Part shown: positions 19,891 through 30,199 of the stretch, piece after piece
Layout of the letters: the number at the start of each line of letters is the position of its first letter
Position numbering within the stretch: the stretch's first letter is position 1
NCBI GenBank assembly: GCA_963817525.1
Contig: CAWFOU010000007.1
Span: 1,024,001 to 1,088,000, forward strand
DNA length: 64,000 nt
Source: an uncultured archaeon
GTDB taxonomy: Archaea > Thermoproteota > Nitrososphaeria > Nitrososphaerales > Gagatemarchaeaceae
Reading direction: 5' to 3'
Program-made: the position numbers and the translations under genes
Notes under the pieces: generated by a model
Database searches by the model: none
Told to the model about the DNA's origin: nothing
Seen by the model: only the letters and a program-made list of their open reading frames with translations

Positions 19891-20337
19891 CTAGACTACC
19901 TTCCTTGACTTGGCCATGGTGATGACCTCCCTGTGGTCCTCCCTGAGTTCAGCGGGCAGGGAGGCCAGGTCGAAATATTCGGCCTTGTCGAAGTCTCCGC
20001 TGAGCTTCCCAACTCCTGAGATGTCTGCATGGAAGAGGAAGCACATGTCCCAGTGCTTGTCCCCATACGACTGGACGTCGAGGAGCCTCAGCGCGGTGGC
20101 AGTGGCGCCGAGCTGCTCCCGGACGATCCTAAGGGCCGCGGCCCCGGGGTCCTCCGCGTAGTTTATGATCGCGCCCGGGATGCACCATTTACCGGCCCAC
20201 CGCTCTGGCTTCACCCTCTTTGCCAGGAGCACCTGCGGTCCCTTCATGACGAATACAAAAGAGGAGATGTGCATGACCTCCTCGGGCTGGGTGCCCTCGG
20301 GCTGGGGGACGAGTCTTGCGGTCTTGGGGGAGCTCAT
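19891..20337 (-). CDS. NUDIX-fold protein
   Basis: WCIPGA....EDP..AALRIVREQLG (degenerate Nudix box). Confidence 0.75.
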   Translation of the reverse strand: MSSPKTARLVPQPEGTQPEEVMHISSFVFVMKGPQVLLAKRVKPERWAGKWCIPGAIINYAEDPGAAALRIVREQLGATATALRLLDVQSYGDKHWDMCFLFHADISGVGKLSGDFDKAEYFDLASLPAELREDHREVITMAKSRKVV

Positions 20338-20375
20338 GGCCCCGTGTGCCGCCGTGCGCGATATAAGGTTGAGAG

Positions 20376-21047
20376 CTACTTCACGAGCTTCGATACCTGC
20401 TGCGGGGCGTCGGCGGAGGTGAACGGGTCTCCGTGCCCCGGGAGCACCGTCTCGAACCTCAGGCCTGAGATCTTTACCACCGACCTCATCGCCTCCGGCA
20501 TGTCCATGGTGAAGGCCTTGTTCGGGCCCATCAGCCCGTTCTTCCCTGAGACCACCGTGTCGCCGGTGAGCACGGTCTTGGTCTCCTCGTCGACGAGGAC
20601 CAGGCTTCCGGGGGTGTGCCCAGGAGAGTGGACCACTCCTAGCCTCCCCACCTTGTCGCCCTCCTTCAGCTTGACGTCGACGTCGGCGGGGGCGACCCTC
20701 ACGAACAGGCCCATGATCAGGCTCATCACGCCCATCGCACCCTTGGCACGTGGGAACTTGGAGGTCTGCGTGACATACCCCACCTCGGCCTCGTGGGCGG
20801 CGAGCTTCGCCCCGGTGGCGGTCTTCATCTTCTGGGCTCCCCTCGCGTGGTCGATGTGGGCGTGCGTGAGGACTATCGTGGTGACGTCGCCGGGCTTGCG
20901 CCCCATGGCCGTGAGCTCCGCCAGTATCTTCCCCCCTCCGGGCTGGAACCCGCAGTCAACCAGCGTCAGCTTGCCGTCGGGCTGCTCCACGATGTAGCAG
21001 TTCGAGAAGCCCGTCACCCTGCGGATCCCCTTTGCGACTTCAGACAA
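20376..21047 (-). CDS. MBL-fold metallo-hydrolase
   Basis: THAHIDH, PGHTPG, GD, PGHG. Confidence 0.93.
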   Translation of the reverse strand: MSEVAKGIRRVTGFSNCYIVEQPDGKLTLVDCGFQPGGGKILAELTAMGRKPGDVTTIVLTHAHIDHARGAQKMKTATGAKLAAHEAEVGYVTQTSKFPRAKGAMGVMSLIMGLFVRVAPADVDVKLKEGDKVGRLGVVHSPGHTPGSLVLVDEETKTVLTGDTVVSGKNGLMGPNKAFTMDMPEAMRSVVKISGLRFETVLPGHGDPFTSADAPQQVSKLVK

Positions 21048-21104
21048 CGGAGCCTTCCGCGCCGGGCCTGGTCTTAACCGTTCTCCACCGTCGGAAGGGG
21101 GTTG

Positions 21105-21179
21105 TGGTGGACCGGAAGGGATTTGAACCCTTGGCCTCTCGCGTGCAAGGCGAGCGTTCTACCGCTGAACTACCGGCCC
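21105..21179 (-). tRNA. tRNA-Ala(TGC), CCA encoded
   Basis: Anticodon arm CTCGC-CTTGCAC-GCGAG; G3:U70 identity pair. Confidence 0.96.
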
Positions 21180-21220
21180 ACAAAAGAAGGGACGTGGGGT
21201 CGCTTCTTATGCTCTTCTCA

Positions 21221-21706
21221 TTATTCTGACGAGGGCCTAACATGGCTCCGCTGGGCGAGCTCTTTGCCATCCTTACGCGTGTAGGGAGGGGCGCCGGGCC
21301 TCACTTTGCCAGTTCTCTCTCCCATGCGGACGAACTCGTTGATCTCCTCTACGAACTCTTCTGCGGTTATTTCGTTCTTTAGGTAGCGAAGAACGGCTAA
21401 TAGCTCTCCTCGCTTTTTCACGGTGTAGTTCACCATTTCTTCAGCCATTCGAATTACAGATGGACTTTGCGAAATGACCAGGTGCCAAGTATTGAAGCTC
21501 TCTTTCTTCCTCACCGCTCCACACATGATGCCTCTTTGAATCAGAAATTTCCGAATCATTTCAAGGTGCGGCTTCCAATTCTCATCGAAGGCGATTCTGA
21601 TTTCGATTGTGAATACATGTACGTTCACTTCGACCGTGCCGTCTCCGTCGAAGTATCCTGCGAGTTCCCTCCACCCCTTGTATGCGCGGTCAGCATTCCC
21701 GTGAAT
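21221..21706 (-). CDS. Single-motif LAGLIDADG homing-endonuclease-like protein; start uncertain
   Basis: Frame of ORF 21221-21628 stays open upstream and reads YKGWRELAGYFDGDGTVEV; TVKKRGEL motif downstream. Confidence 0.75.
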   Translation of the reverse strand: MHGNADRAYKGWRELAGYFDGDGTVEVNVHVFTIEIRIAFDENWKPHLEMIRKFLIQRGIMCGAVRKKESFNTWHLVISQSPSVIRMAEEMVNYTVKKRGELLAVLRYLKNEITAEEFVEEINEFVRMGERTGKVRPGAPPYTRKDGKELAQRSHVRPSSE

Positions 21707-21842
21707 CGATGATTCCTTATTGGCTTCCGTACTCTAACAGTTCGTCGCCCCTAATAACCGCCTCCGTGAAGTCCATGTCGAAAATCGGCATCCTTCGTAC
21801 TCCTTACATTTATAGAAGCATGAATATTTCGGGTGGCCTTGC

Positions 21843-21917
21843 GGGCCGGTAGCTCAGCTTGGCTAGAGCACTCGACTGATAATCGAGAGGTCGAGGGTTC
21901 GAATCCCTTCCGGCCCA
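21843..21917 (+). tRNA. tRNA-Ile(GAT)
   Basis: Anticodon arm CTCGA-CTGATAA-TCGAG; GGTTCGAATCC T-arm. Confidence 0.96.
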
Positions 21918-21987
21918 TCATATTATCCAGATGGAACCTCCCCCTGTTAAAGCCGAATTCTGACTTTTCGGGAGGTGACAACGACAA

Positions 21988-22290
21988 TTGAGGAGGCTCA
22001 GCCTGGTTCAATCGCCCTACTACCACTACCTTCAGGAGGATGACAACTTCCGGAGGTGGGTCGAGTCTCTCGAAAGGGGGTCGATCACCACAGCGGCAGT
22101 CTACTTCCGAAGGATCGGGTTCCTCTCCTCGAAGCTCAAGGTCGAGCCGAGACAGATTGCGGCAATGAACACTAGGGAGGCAAGAGACTTCATCCACGAC
22201 ACAATCTCCTATCTCGAGACATCGGGCAACGTCGGCTCTTCGATAGAGAGCTACATCAAGGCGGTCAAGAGCTGGATGACTTGGAACGAC
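21988..22290 (+). pseudogene. N-terminal fragment of a tyrosine recombinase/integrase
   Basis: FRRWVESLERGS.TTA.VY.R ... YIKAVKSW core-binding-domain pattern next to the tRNA; no catalytic domain. Confidence 0.7.
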
Positions 22291-23381
22291 TCGAGGACTT
22301 CGCAATGAACTCGACTCAGTACGCCTTGGCTGTCGCTGGTCTAAATTCAAGTTTTCAGGGATTCAATAACGATTGGACGCTTAGTGAGGCTACCTGCACA
22401 ATTTCGTGGCATGATGCCACCGCCAGCTTTCTCGTCACGAATGCGCACGACGTCAAATACATCCTAACCGTGGCAGAGAATCCTTTGGAAGGCATCATCT
22501 ACAATGTGGCCTTGGACGGAGTCTTCGTTGCCAGTATCGCGCAGACCAACTCTGAGACATATTCGGGATACGCAGTTGCTGACAGCTCTACTCCCACTTC
22601 AAATCCGGTTGACTACGCAAGTTCCACTTGGTACGCACCTTCGGTCGAAGTTCCCTCGGATCCATCGCCTTATTCGAGTCCCAGCTGCAAGTGGACTGGT
22701 AGCGATAGTAGCACAGAGTGCATTGTAGAATTTTGGACAGGACTACAGAATAGTACTTACGATGGACCCAATCATATCCCCGCTCATACTGGCGAAGTTG
22801 TTCAGACCGGAACATTCGGCAATGAAACATGTGGGTACCAGGTTGGTGGGGCCTATGGCTGCACTAGTGTGTACAAAGACTGGAGCGAGTACGTAAGAGG
22901 ATATTCAAACGGAAACGCAAGCCCCGATGGGCCGTACTACTGTTACCCATCTCCGGGAGAAGGAGATGAAGTCGTAGGCCAGGTCGGCTCCAAGTTGTAT
23001 TTTAACGACACCTCAAGCAACTACACCTACACAATACTAACTGACTACGGTTCTCCTAATACCACGATCTGCTCGCACTTCTATAACAATGGAGAAGTGC
23101 ATACCGAGTATTACGCCGACTACTTCGCCGAGACACCGCAATATGGTTCTTCCTTCTTCACTCTGCCAGAGTTCACCAGCCCGACTACATTCTACGATTG
23201 CGGCATGGCTACAGGCCAGACCGAATTTGGAGCCTACCCCAACTATAGCAATGGCTATGGATTCGGATCTTACATATACAACAGCGATACAACAAACACA
23301 GATACAGGTACGATGTATGAAAATAGCGGAAGTACATACGGGTATTTCGGTGTCACTTGGGTCAACAGTTACGGCACCTGA
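22281..23381 (+). CDS. G1 (glutamic) peptidase-like protein, 5'-truncated
   Basis: YSGY, WYAPSV, FWTGL, VVQTGT, GEGDEV, FAETP, LPEF; no signal peptide. Confidence 0.65.
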   Translation: MERLEDFAMNSTQYALAVAGLNSSFQGFNNDWTLSEATCTISWHDATASFLVTNAHDVKYILTVAENPLEGIIYNVALDGVFVASIAQTNSETYSGYAVADSSTPTSNPVDYASSTWYAPSVEVPSDPSPYSSPSCKWTGSDSSTECIVEFWTGLQNSTYDGPNHIPAHTGEVVQTGTFGNETCGYQVGGAYGCTSVYKDWSEYVRGYSNGNASPDGPYYCYPSPGEGDEVVGQVGSKLYFNDTSSNYTYTILTDYGSPNTTICSHFYNNGEVHTEYYADYFAETPQYGSSFFTLPEFTSPTTFYDCGMATGQTEFGAYPNYSNGYGFGSYIYNSDTTNTDTGTMYENSGSTYGYFGVTWVNSYGT

Positions 23382-23476
23382 TGTCATCGTTTAGCGAGGG
23401 TCGCCACCGGCTTCGAAACGAGAACAATTATCCCAAAGGATGATATTATACTCTCCCCTAGCAACTCAACCTCGGT

Positions 23477-23995
23477 GTGAACATGGATGACAGCGGAGGT
23501 CGGACCCGTGTCCTAATCACTATGGGTGCGGGCCTTGTCATTGTGGTGCTCTTGCTTGTTCAGGGAATCGGTGGAACAGGTGCCTACGGCCAGAGAACGT
23601 CCATCGCAGCTAGTCCAACGAACGCGACGAGCAGCAACGTGACACCGAACCCAGAACGCATGTACAACGTGACTTTCTATGATGCTTCACATCCCCCGGG
23701 GTGCTACTACGCGCAGTGGGCTGTTGAAATGGCTAACCTGAACAAGACAGAATCAACAATGTCTCCGTCTGGCGCCTCACGGGACGAAGGGGGAAGTTCA
23801 GCAAATGCCTCCGTTCCAGAGAGCGTAACGTTCTCCGTACCGAGCGGCGTCTACAACTTCACCCTATACCCAACTGCCTGGATACGATACGTTAGCGTCC
23901 CCGGCTCTGATTTTGCTGCGGGCCCTACAGGAGGAGTAACGGTAACGAATTCCGACGTGACAATTGACGTGCTCACGGGCGGCATTTGCGGATAG
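23477..23995 (+). CDS. Membrane-anchored extracellular protein
   Basis: N-terminal TM, Ser/Thr linker, YNVTF ... FSVPSGVYNFT beta domain. Confidence 0.7.
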   Translation: MNMDDSGGRTRVLITMGAGLVIVVLLLVQGIGGTGAYGQRTSIAASPTNATSSNVTPNPERMYNVTFYDASHPPGCYYAQWAVEMANLNKTESTMSPSGASRDEGGSSANASVPESVTFSVPSGVYNFTLYPTAWIRYVSVPGSDFAAGPTGGVTVTNSDVTIDVLTGGICG

Positions 23996-24034
23996 TCAAT
24001 AGTCGGCCTAGGTGGGGGCTGCGCTAAACGTTGG

Positions 24035-24831
24035 TGCGGACCCCTGCTCTTTAGAGACACTCCGTAACAGCATAATATCGGGGCAGGAGGTGAGCCCCTA
24101 GCATGCCCGGGAGGAGCCGCTGGACCAGCGAGGAGAAGATACTCATCGTGATGGAGTCGCTGAACACCAACATCTCGCTGGCGGAGCTGTGCCGCAAGTA
24201 CAACCTGAACCCGGGCGTCTTCCGCTACTGGAAGGAGAGGTTCGTCCACTCGGGCAAGCTCGGCCTCTCCGGCTCGTCGGCCAAGGACCCGGTCAGGGAC
24301 AAGGAGGCGGAGATCAACCGGCTCAAGAAGCTCATCGGGAGCTCACCATCGCCAACGAGGCGATGAAGGAGGTCCTGAGGGGGGAGGGGAAAAAATGAGC
24401 GTGACGATCATGATGCGCAAGGGGTTGAGCCTGAGGAAGAGCCTCTCCATCGTAGGAGCCTCTCGAGGCTCGTACTACTACAAGGCCAGACGTGCGCGGA
24501 GCGACAGGGGCAGGCTACGCGACCCGTCGATGCTCACGCCGATCAAGGAGCTCGCGATGAGGAAGCCGGTGTATGGCTCGAGGATGCTAGCGGCCAGGCT
24601 CTCGAAGGAGCTGGGCAGGCCGGTGAACAGGAAGCTGGTCCAGCACGCGTTCCGGATGATGGGCTGGACGATCCCGCAGATGACAAAGAAGCAGCTCATC
24701 GGAGCGGCCCACAAGAAGCCGAAGCCCACCGCGATAGACCAGGACTGGGAGGCAGACTTCACCTACGTCTGGTGCGGCGTCGACAGGTGGTGCTACCTGT
24801 TCAACGTGCTGGACATCTTCTCGAGGGAGTG
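24035..24831 (+). mobile_element. Truncated IS3-family element (orfA + partial orfB)
   Basis: Left end TGCGGACCCCTG..AGACAC; orfA HTH (WTSEEK..ELCRKY); G4A6 slippery run at 24386-24395; orfB YGSRML, WEADFTY, LDIFSRE then break. Confidence 0.85.
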
Positions 24832-24835
24832 TCGG

Positions 24836-25303
24836 ATGGAAAGAGAAGCGAAGCGTCGGCACGTCACGCTGAATTCTCTCATCAACGCGATTCTCGCAAA
24901 ATACGACTCATTCGACAAGATTTTGGAAGGGACGAAAGCAATCCCGTTGAGCGGGGCGTTCGTCGCAGAACTCCTGGAGATCGCCTCGATAGAGCAGATG
25001 GAGAACATCGCAAAGAAGCTGGGCGCGAAGGTAGTGAGACAGAGCTTCGCCTCTCAAGGCATAGAATTCAACCTTGACAATCTGATAGAGTCCTACTTCG
25101 AGCCTCTTTCAGAGTATTCGGGCTGGTACCAGTTCGATTGGCGCCTTGCAGGCACGAGTCGCAAGCTGATCTTCACGCACTCGCACGGCGCGAAGTGGAC
25201 GGCGTTCTTGAGACGGTACTATGCCGCCATAATACGCTCGGCCACGGGAGTCGAGCCTGACGTCACATTTGAGGACGGGGTACTCACTTTCACGTGCAGA
25301 TAG
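24836..25303 (+). CDS. RHH-like regulator remnant fused in frame to IS3 orfB
   Basis: EAKRRHVTLNSLINAIL helix pair and HSHGAKWTAFL; abrupt switch from transposase sequence. Confidence 0.55.
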   Translation: MEREAKRRHVTLNSLINAILAKYDSFDKILEGTKAIPLSGAFVAELLEIASIEQMENIAKKLGAKVVRQSFASQGIEFNLDNLIESYFEPLSEYSGWYQFDWRLAGTSRKLIFTHSHGAKWTAFLRRYYAAIIRSATGVEPDVTFEDGVLTFTCR

Positions 25304-25457
25304 GGGAAATCCAAACACTCCGGACCCGATTGCGACGGCGAGAGTGGCGACGTACTTGCGTTCTAGATAAAGAGGACGCTACAAAATATCCAAAATACTA
25401 TCTTGTATCGTCTTGTGGCACACCAGGATAAATACATGAGTTCTCCATGATTAATTC

Positions 25458-26687
25458 ATGCGCATTCGAGGATCGGAAGGTCTGGCACAAAGAAGGATAC
25501 TGCGTGTTCTCGAAGTTTCACTGCTTTTATTTGTGCTTGTTATTGCGTCACCACTGCTAGTGGTGACAAATGCTCAACCTGCTCCGCAGAGCGGGAGCCA
25601 AGCCTGCGCGAATCAAATTGCATCACAGGAACATACAATGCTCGCGGGGGTAAATTCGACAGAAGCTGAGGAAGTAGCGGAACAGTCGCCGCAGTTTCAT
25701 TCAAGCATAGCAGGGCAGAGTTATCAATTCAGGACTGTTTCAGCAGATTTTTCTCTCAACGCTGCTACATGTAGCGTTGCGAAGATTGGTGAACTATCGG
25801 TAGATTTCAGTCTGCCTGGAGTAACCATCAAGAATGGGAACTACACCGTTCCAGAAGGAGTACAGGTGTGGGAAAATCCTACAATGAGTCAGGTTCTGGG
25901 TACTAACGTATCCGATACCATAGCAGGAATTAGCACTTGGTCAGGTTACGAGGTGTACTATCCGGTCAGTGGGGTTAAGCAGGCTCTGCTGGACAGCCAA
26001 GTTTACTACTATCAGCCATCGATTAGTTCCAACTCTCTTTGTACTTATACACCCTACACGTGCAGCTTGCTAATTTGGAGTGGCTTGTCTAACGGTGCGG
26101 GCGGCAGCGGAGGCCTTCTCCAATCAGGAACTGCTGCCAACATAGATTGTCCAAGCGGTACATGCGGCTCAGCAACATATGTCGCGTTTTGGGAATTTCT
26201 CCTTCCTGGCCCCACCCAGCCTTACCCCTATTATCCCTGTTCCACGAGCTCCTACAAGGTCAGCACGGGCGACGAAATCACCCCTGTGGAAGAGAATGGG
26301 TTATACTGGAGCGGCGGGACTGGCAGTCAGTGGGAATCCTATATAATTGACTGGACAGCCAATGGGGGAAGCGGCTGGTCATGCGCAAGCGGTGTTCTGA
26401 CCTACGCTTCAACGGCGTACTATTCACAGACAATGCTCGAGGATCCAACCGTTGGTTCTACAGCAAACACTCTCGCAGTATTCTACAACGTTGGGGCTAT
26501 CGATTCCGAAATCTGCATATCGACTTCCAGCTGCTACTTCGACGGTACACCGTATGGTAACGGTGACTACAATCCGTACCCCATGGTAAACAATTGCAGC
26601 AATGTTCCTACTACGGACATAACCCTTGGTACCATGAACAGTGTTGGTGACTTTACATCCACATACGTGACCAATTGCGGGACCTAG
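25458..26687 (+). CDS. Secreted G1 (glutamic) peptidase-like protein with prodomain
   Basis: Signal/TM; WSGY, IWSGL, LLQSGT, AFWEF, VSTGDEI, MLEDP; many Cys. Confidence 0.7.
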   Translation: MRIRGSEGLAQRRILRVLEVSLLLFVLVIASPLLVVTNAQPAPQSGSQACANQIASQEHTMLAGVNSTEAEEVAEQSPQFHSSIAGQSYQFRTVSADFSLNAATCSVAKIGELSVDFSLPGVTIKNGNYTVPEGVQVWENPTMSQVLGTNVSDTIAGISTWSGYEVYYPVSGVKQALLDSQVYYYQPSISSNSLCTYTPYTCSLLIWSGLSNGAGGSGGLLQSGTAANIDCPSGTCGSATYVAFWEFLLPGPTQPYPYYPCSTSSYKVSTGDEITPVEENGLYWSGGTGSQWESYIIDWTANGGSGWSCASGVLTYASTAYYSQTMLEDPTVGSTANTLAVFYNVGAIDSEICISTSSCYFDGTPYGNGDYNPYPMVNNCSNVPTTDITLGTMNSVGDFTSTYVTNCGT

Positions 26688-26752
26688 CATCATAGAGCAT
26701 CGGGCAAAACTTTTTTTATCCGGAATAGCTCTCATAAATTGAGGGCTTCTCC

Positions 26753-27490
26753 TTGACAATGAAGACCGAGACTAGGAGAATCGCAATCGTCATAACGGTG
26801 GTTGTCGTGATTTTGATTGCGGCGGTCGCCTTCTCTAGGCTAAGTTCTACTACTGGCAGCTCTTCATCGACTTATATTTCGTCAAACTCGGAACTCTACT
26901 CAACATCCTCGTCGACCACTTCGCAACTAGGTCTCCAACTCATTGCGTCCATAAACTCTTCTTCAATCACAGTGGGTAAGAATCTGAGCGTTTCGATCTC
27001 ACTCTTGAATACTCTTCCGACTGTCAACGCTGTTCCAGCATCCAATACCTGGGCATTCCAAGGAGTGGCCGTTAACCTGTGGGGCGTGTGCTTCGGTGAA
27101 TATCCAGTGGAGGTCGCGGTACTCAAAGGCAACTACACGGCCCAAGAACTCCCATCAGTCGCTAATTCAACATTCGCATATACGTGCGCAGCATTCATCC
27201 AACTCAACCAGGTTATCTTTCACCCGAGCAGCGAAGAAGCGAACGTCACGGGGGTGGGCCCAGGACCTGGGGTGGATCAGACTCTCGGACCTTTTCACCT
27301 TGCGCTTAATTTCACGACTAGCGGTTACTGGGACCTGCAGAGCCTTTCGGAGCAACAGAACTTACCGCTCTTGTCGCCTGGAGGAGCCCTAAACCTAACG
27401 AGTACCAAGTTCGTTCCCGGGACATACACCGTCGCCGTTGCTGATGAGTGGGGACAGATGCAAATACTCCACTTTACCGTGACGGCTTGA
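26753..27490 (+). CDS. Membrane-anchored extracellular protein
   Basis: N-terminal TM, Ser/Thr linker, PGTYTVAVADEWGQ C-terminal motif. Confidence 0.75.
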   Translation: MTMKTETRRIAIVITVVVVILIAAVAFSRLSSTTGSSSSTYISSNSELYSTSSSTTSQLGLQLIASINSSSITVGKNLSVSISLLNTLPTVNAVPASNTWAFQGVAVNLWGVCFGEYPVEVAVLKGNYTAQELPSVANSTFAYTCAAFIQLNQVIFHPSSEEANVTGVGPGPGVDQTLGPFHLALNFTTSGYWDLQSLSEQQNLPLLSPGGALNLTSTKFVPGTYTVAVADEWGQMQILHFTVTA

Positions 27491-28108
27491 CCTGATGAAC
27501 CATCTGTCATTCCTAGCAGGCTTGCGTCTTTCTTTCTATGATAGCGGACCACTCGAGAAGGATATTCGAGCTCACCCCACGGGGCATTTGCCTAAGCTCG
27601 CGGTAAAGCCAGCCGCTGCCTCCGCCGAACGACATTGTATGGATCTCAGGGAGGCGCGCCTAAAACCATCTGGCAAATAGGCGGTTTTTACAACCCTCCC
27701 ATTGGATTCGCTTAAAACATCAATTGCATCCCTTCCGGCCCATTCCTAGCAAGGTCAGAATATGTTGCGTTTGACTAATGAAGCTAGAAACGCGCTAATC
27801 TGGGTCAGCATTCCCCGCCACACGGGGCCTATATTTTTGGGCAGACGGTAACGATGAGCGGGCCCGACGGGGTCAGTTTGGCTTATTTTCTCAGCCTGGC
27901 ATTGAATTGCAACAATTGGTTGGGTGGCGAGCTTCGACCAGGATACTTTCGTCTTGAGGATTTGAATTGAGGCTGCCAAAGGAACCTCTCAGCAAAATCA
28001 CGGGGAATCAGCTCCGTTGACTCGCTATAGGGAATTGCTCGCAACGACCAGCACGCCTCAGCTCCTGGAGCGCCAAGGCACCGAGGCTTGACGCTGTCGA
28101 TGAAAGTC

Positions 28109-30067
28109 TCAGGCAGATGGTAGCTTGGGGAGGCCTATGGCCTTCCGGAGAGCGATGAACCTCGGATCGTCCCGGACTCCCTTCAGCTCATGATCGGCGT
28201 TTATCCAGATCATCCCGCCGTCGTGGGTGTCGTAGGCGACCTGTAACCAGCGAAACCCTTCGTCGACGTCCCCGAGGGCGAAACGGACCGGCGCTATCTG
28301 GTAAGGGCTGACTTGCTGCTGGACGTACTCTGACTCGACCTTTCTCAGGACCGCGCGAGCCTCTTCCGACCTCTTCATCCCAGCCAGCAGGTATGCCCTC
28401 ATAAGTTCCAACGAGCGCACCTTCCTCGGCAGCCTCCCCAGTTTCTCAAGCTCCTTCGCTGCATCGTCGATTCTCCCGCTGAGGACGTACGCCAGGATGA
28501 TGTTCGTCGCACCCCACGAAGCGAGCATAAGGGAAGGGTCCAGGTCGTTCGCCCGCTTGAACCACTCGATCGCCTTGTCGAAGTCGCCCTGGTAGTAGTA
28601 TGCCGCACCCATGTTGTGGTTCATTATCACTGAGAGAGGGTCGAGCTGGATCGCGATAGCCATCTCATTTTCCGCGTCCCGGAGGCGGTGCTGAGCTCCC
28701 AGGAAGTGAGAATACCACTGGTGGGCGGCCGAATAGTTAGGTTTCAGTTCGATTGCTCTCCTGAACTCGGCCTCCGCCCCGTCCCAGTCGTGCGAATAGT
28801 AATTGGGCACACCCGCTAGCGCGGTGTGGGCCTCGGCGAGGCTTTCGTCCAGCTTTAGGGCCTTCATGGCGAACTCCTTCGCTTTCTCAAAGTTCGGAGC
28901 AGGTTCACCCGGCCCGTTCCTCCCCATCACATTGTAGCAGTCGGCCAGCCCGGAGTAACCCAGCGCGAAGTCCTTGTCCATCTCGACGGCTTTTTCGAAA
29001 TAGGCGACCGCCTTCAGGAGTCCTTCGTCACTCCTCTCGTTCCAATAGTGCCTACCCTTCAGGTAGAGCATGTATGCCTCGGTATCCTCGGTCGGCTTTC
29101 TCTCGAGCCTGGCCCTCTCAGAACTCACTAATTTGACAGACAGATCTCCGGCTACCTTTTCGGCGATCTCGCTCTGGATCGCGAATATGTCATCCAGCTG
29201 CCTGTCATAGTTCCGTGCCCAGATGTGGCCTTCTGTGGCCGCGTCAATGAGCTGCACCGTTATCCTGACCCTGTTTCCGGCCTTTCTCACGCTTCCCTGG
29301 ACAAGGCTGCCTACGTTGAGTTCCCTTGCGATCTCCGAGATTCCCTTCTGCGTCGACCTGTACTTCATGACGGACGTCCTGGCTATCACCATGAGCCCCC
29401 GGATTCCGGAAAGCGAAGTGATGAGCTCCTCCGTCATTCCGTCCGAGAGGTACACATCTGCCGAGTCAGGGCTCATGTTGGCGAAAGGTAGGACCGCGAT
29501 GCGCTTCACGTCCAGACGAACCGGCTCGGGCTTTTCCGAGAGGCCCCACGGCATCACAGCCCTGAAAACCTCCACGGGTGTGGTGACGTTCTTCAGCTGT
29601 TTCGACCCAAGGCTCTCCAGTCGAATCTCGAACTTGTTGTCGACTTGATCATAGACCTGCCGTGTGACGCAGACTCCCCCGTTCTCAGCTAGGGATTCGA
29701 TCCTTGAAGCGATATTCACGGCGTCTCCGGAGATGTCCCCTTCAGAGGAGACCACGTCACCCAGATGAACACCGATTCGAAGGACAATCCTCCGTTCCTC
29801 GGGCACCGCAGTGTTGAGCTCCCGGACCGTCCTCTGTATGTCGTATGCGCACCTGACCGCATCGAGGGCGCTGGCAAACTCCACCATGAAGGCGTCCCCG
29901 ATGGTCTTGACCTCTCTTCCTCTGTGCCTGGCAAGAATGGGCCTCACGAGCTTTCTTTGCTCCTCGACAAGAGCGAGCGAGAGGGCCTCATTTCTTTGTG
30001 TCATCAATGTGTAGCCCACCATGTCGGTGAACATGATGGCGGCCAATCTCCTCTCCCCCAGTGACAT
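28109..30067 (-). CDS. Class III adenylate/guanylate cyclase with TolB-like and TPR domains
   Basis: AIMFTDMVGYT, KTIGDAF, GDAVNIASR, IAVLPFANMS, TPR repeats. Confidence 0.93.
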   Translation of the reverse strand: MSLGERRLAAIMFTDMVGYTLMTQRNEALSLALVEEQRKLVRPILARHRGREVKTIGDAFMVEFASALDAVRCAYDIQRTVRELNTAVPEERRIVLRIGVHLGDVVSSEGDISGDAVNIASRIESLAENGGVCVTRQVYDQVDNKFEIRLESLGSKQLKNVTTPVEVFRAVMPWGLSEKPEPVRLDVKRIAVLPFANMSPDSADVYLSDGMTEELITSLSGIRGLMVIARTSVMKYRSTQKGISEIARELNVGSLVQGSVRKAGNRVRITVQLIDAATEGHIWARNYDRQLDDIFAIQSEIAEKVAGDLSVKLVSSERARLERKPTEDTEAYMLYLKGRHYWNERSDEGLLKAVAYFEKAVEMDKDFALGYSGLADCYNVMGRNGPGEPAPNFEKAKEFAMKALKLDESLAEAHTALAGVPNYYSHDWDGAEAEFRRAIELKPNYSAAHQWYSHFLGAQHRLRDAENEMAIAIQLDPLSVIMNHNMGAAYYYQGDFDKAIEWFKRANDLDPSLMLASWGATNIILAYVLSGRIDDAAKELEKLGRLPRKVRSLELMRAYLLAGMKRSEEARAVLRKVESEYVQQQVSPYQIAPVRFALGDVDEGFRWLQVAYDTHDGGMIWINADHELKGVRDDPRFIALRKAIGLPKLPSA

Positions 30068-30199
30068 GAGCTGAGAACCAAACGGCCCCAGTGGCGATAA
30101 ATCCGTTTCGGGTCCTGACGCTTTGTGTTGGTCGCCCTTCCATCATCAGCTTCCGATCTGAACCCTAAGGTGGTCGGTTCCCTTCCGGTCCGCTCCAAT

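Larger units (their letters stand above)
21903..27743. mobile_element. Decayed integrative island in tRNA-Ile
   Basis: 16-bp direct repeat ATCCCTTCCGGCCCAT at 21903-21918 (tRNA 3' end) and 27728-27743; integrase fragment; lower GC. Confidence 0.85.

Noticed and set aside
21105-21917. tRNA-Ala and tRNA-Ile as an rRNA spacer
   Set aside because: They are divergent, ~660 bp apart, and no rRNA sequence is present
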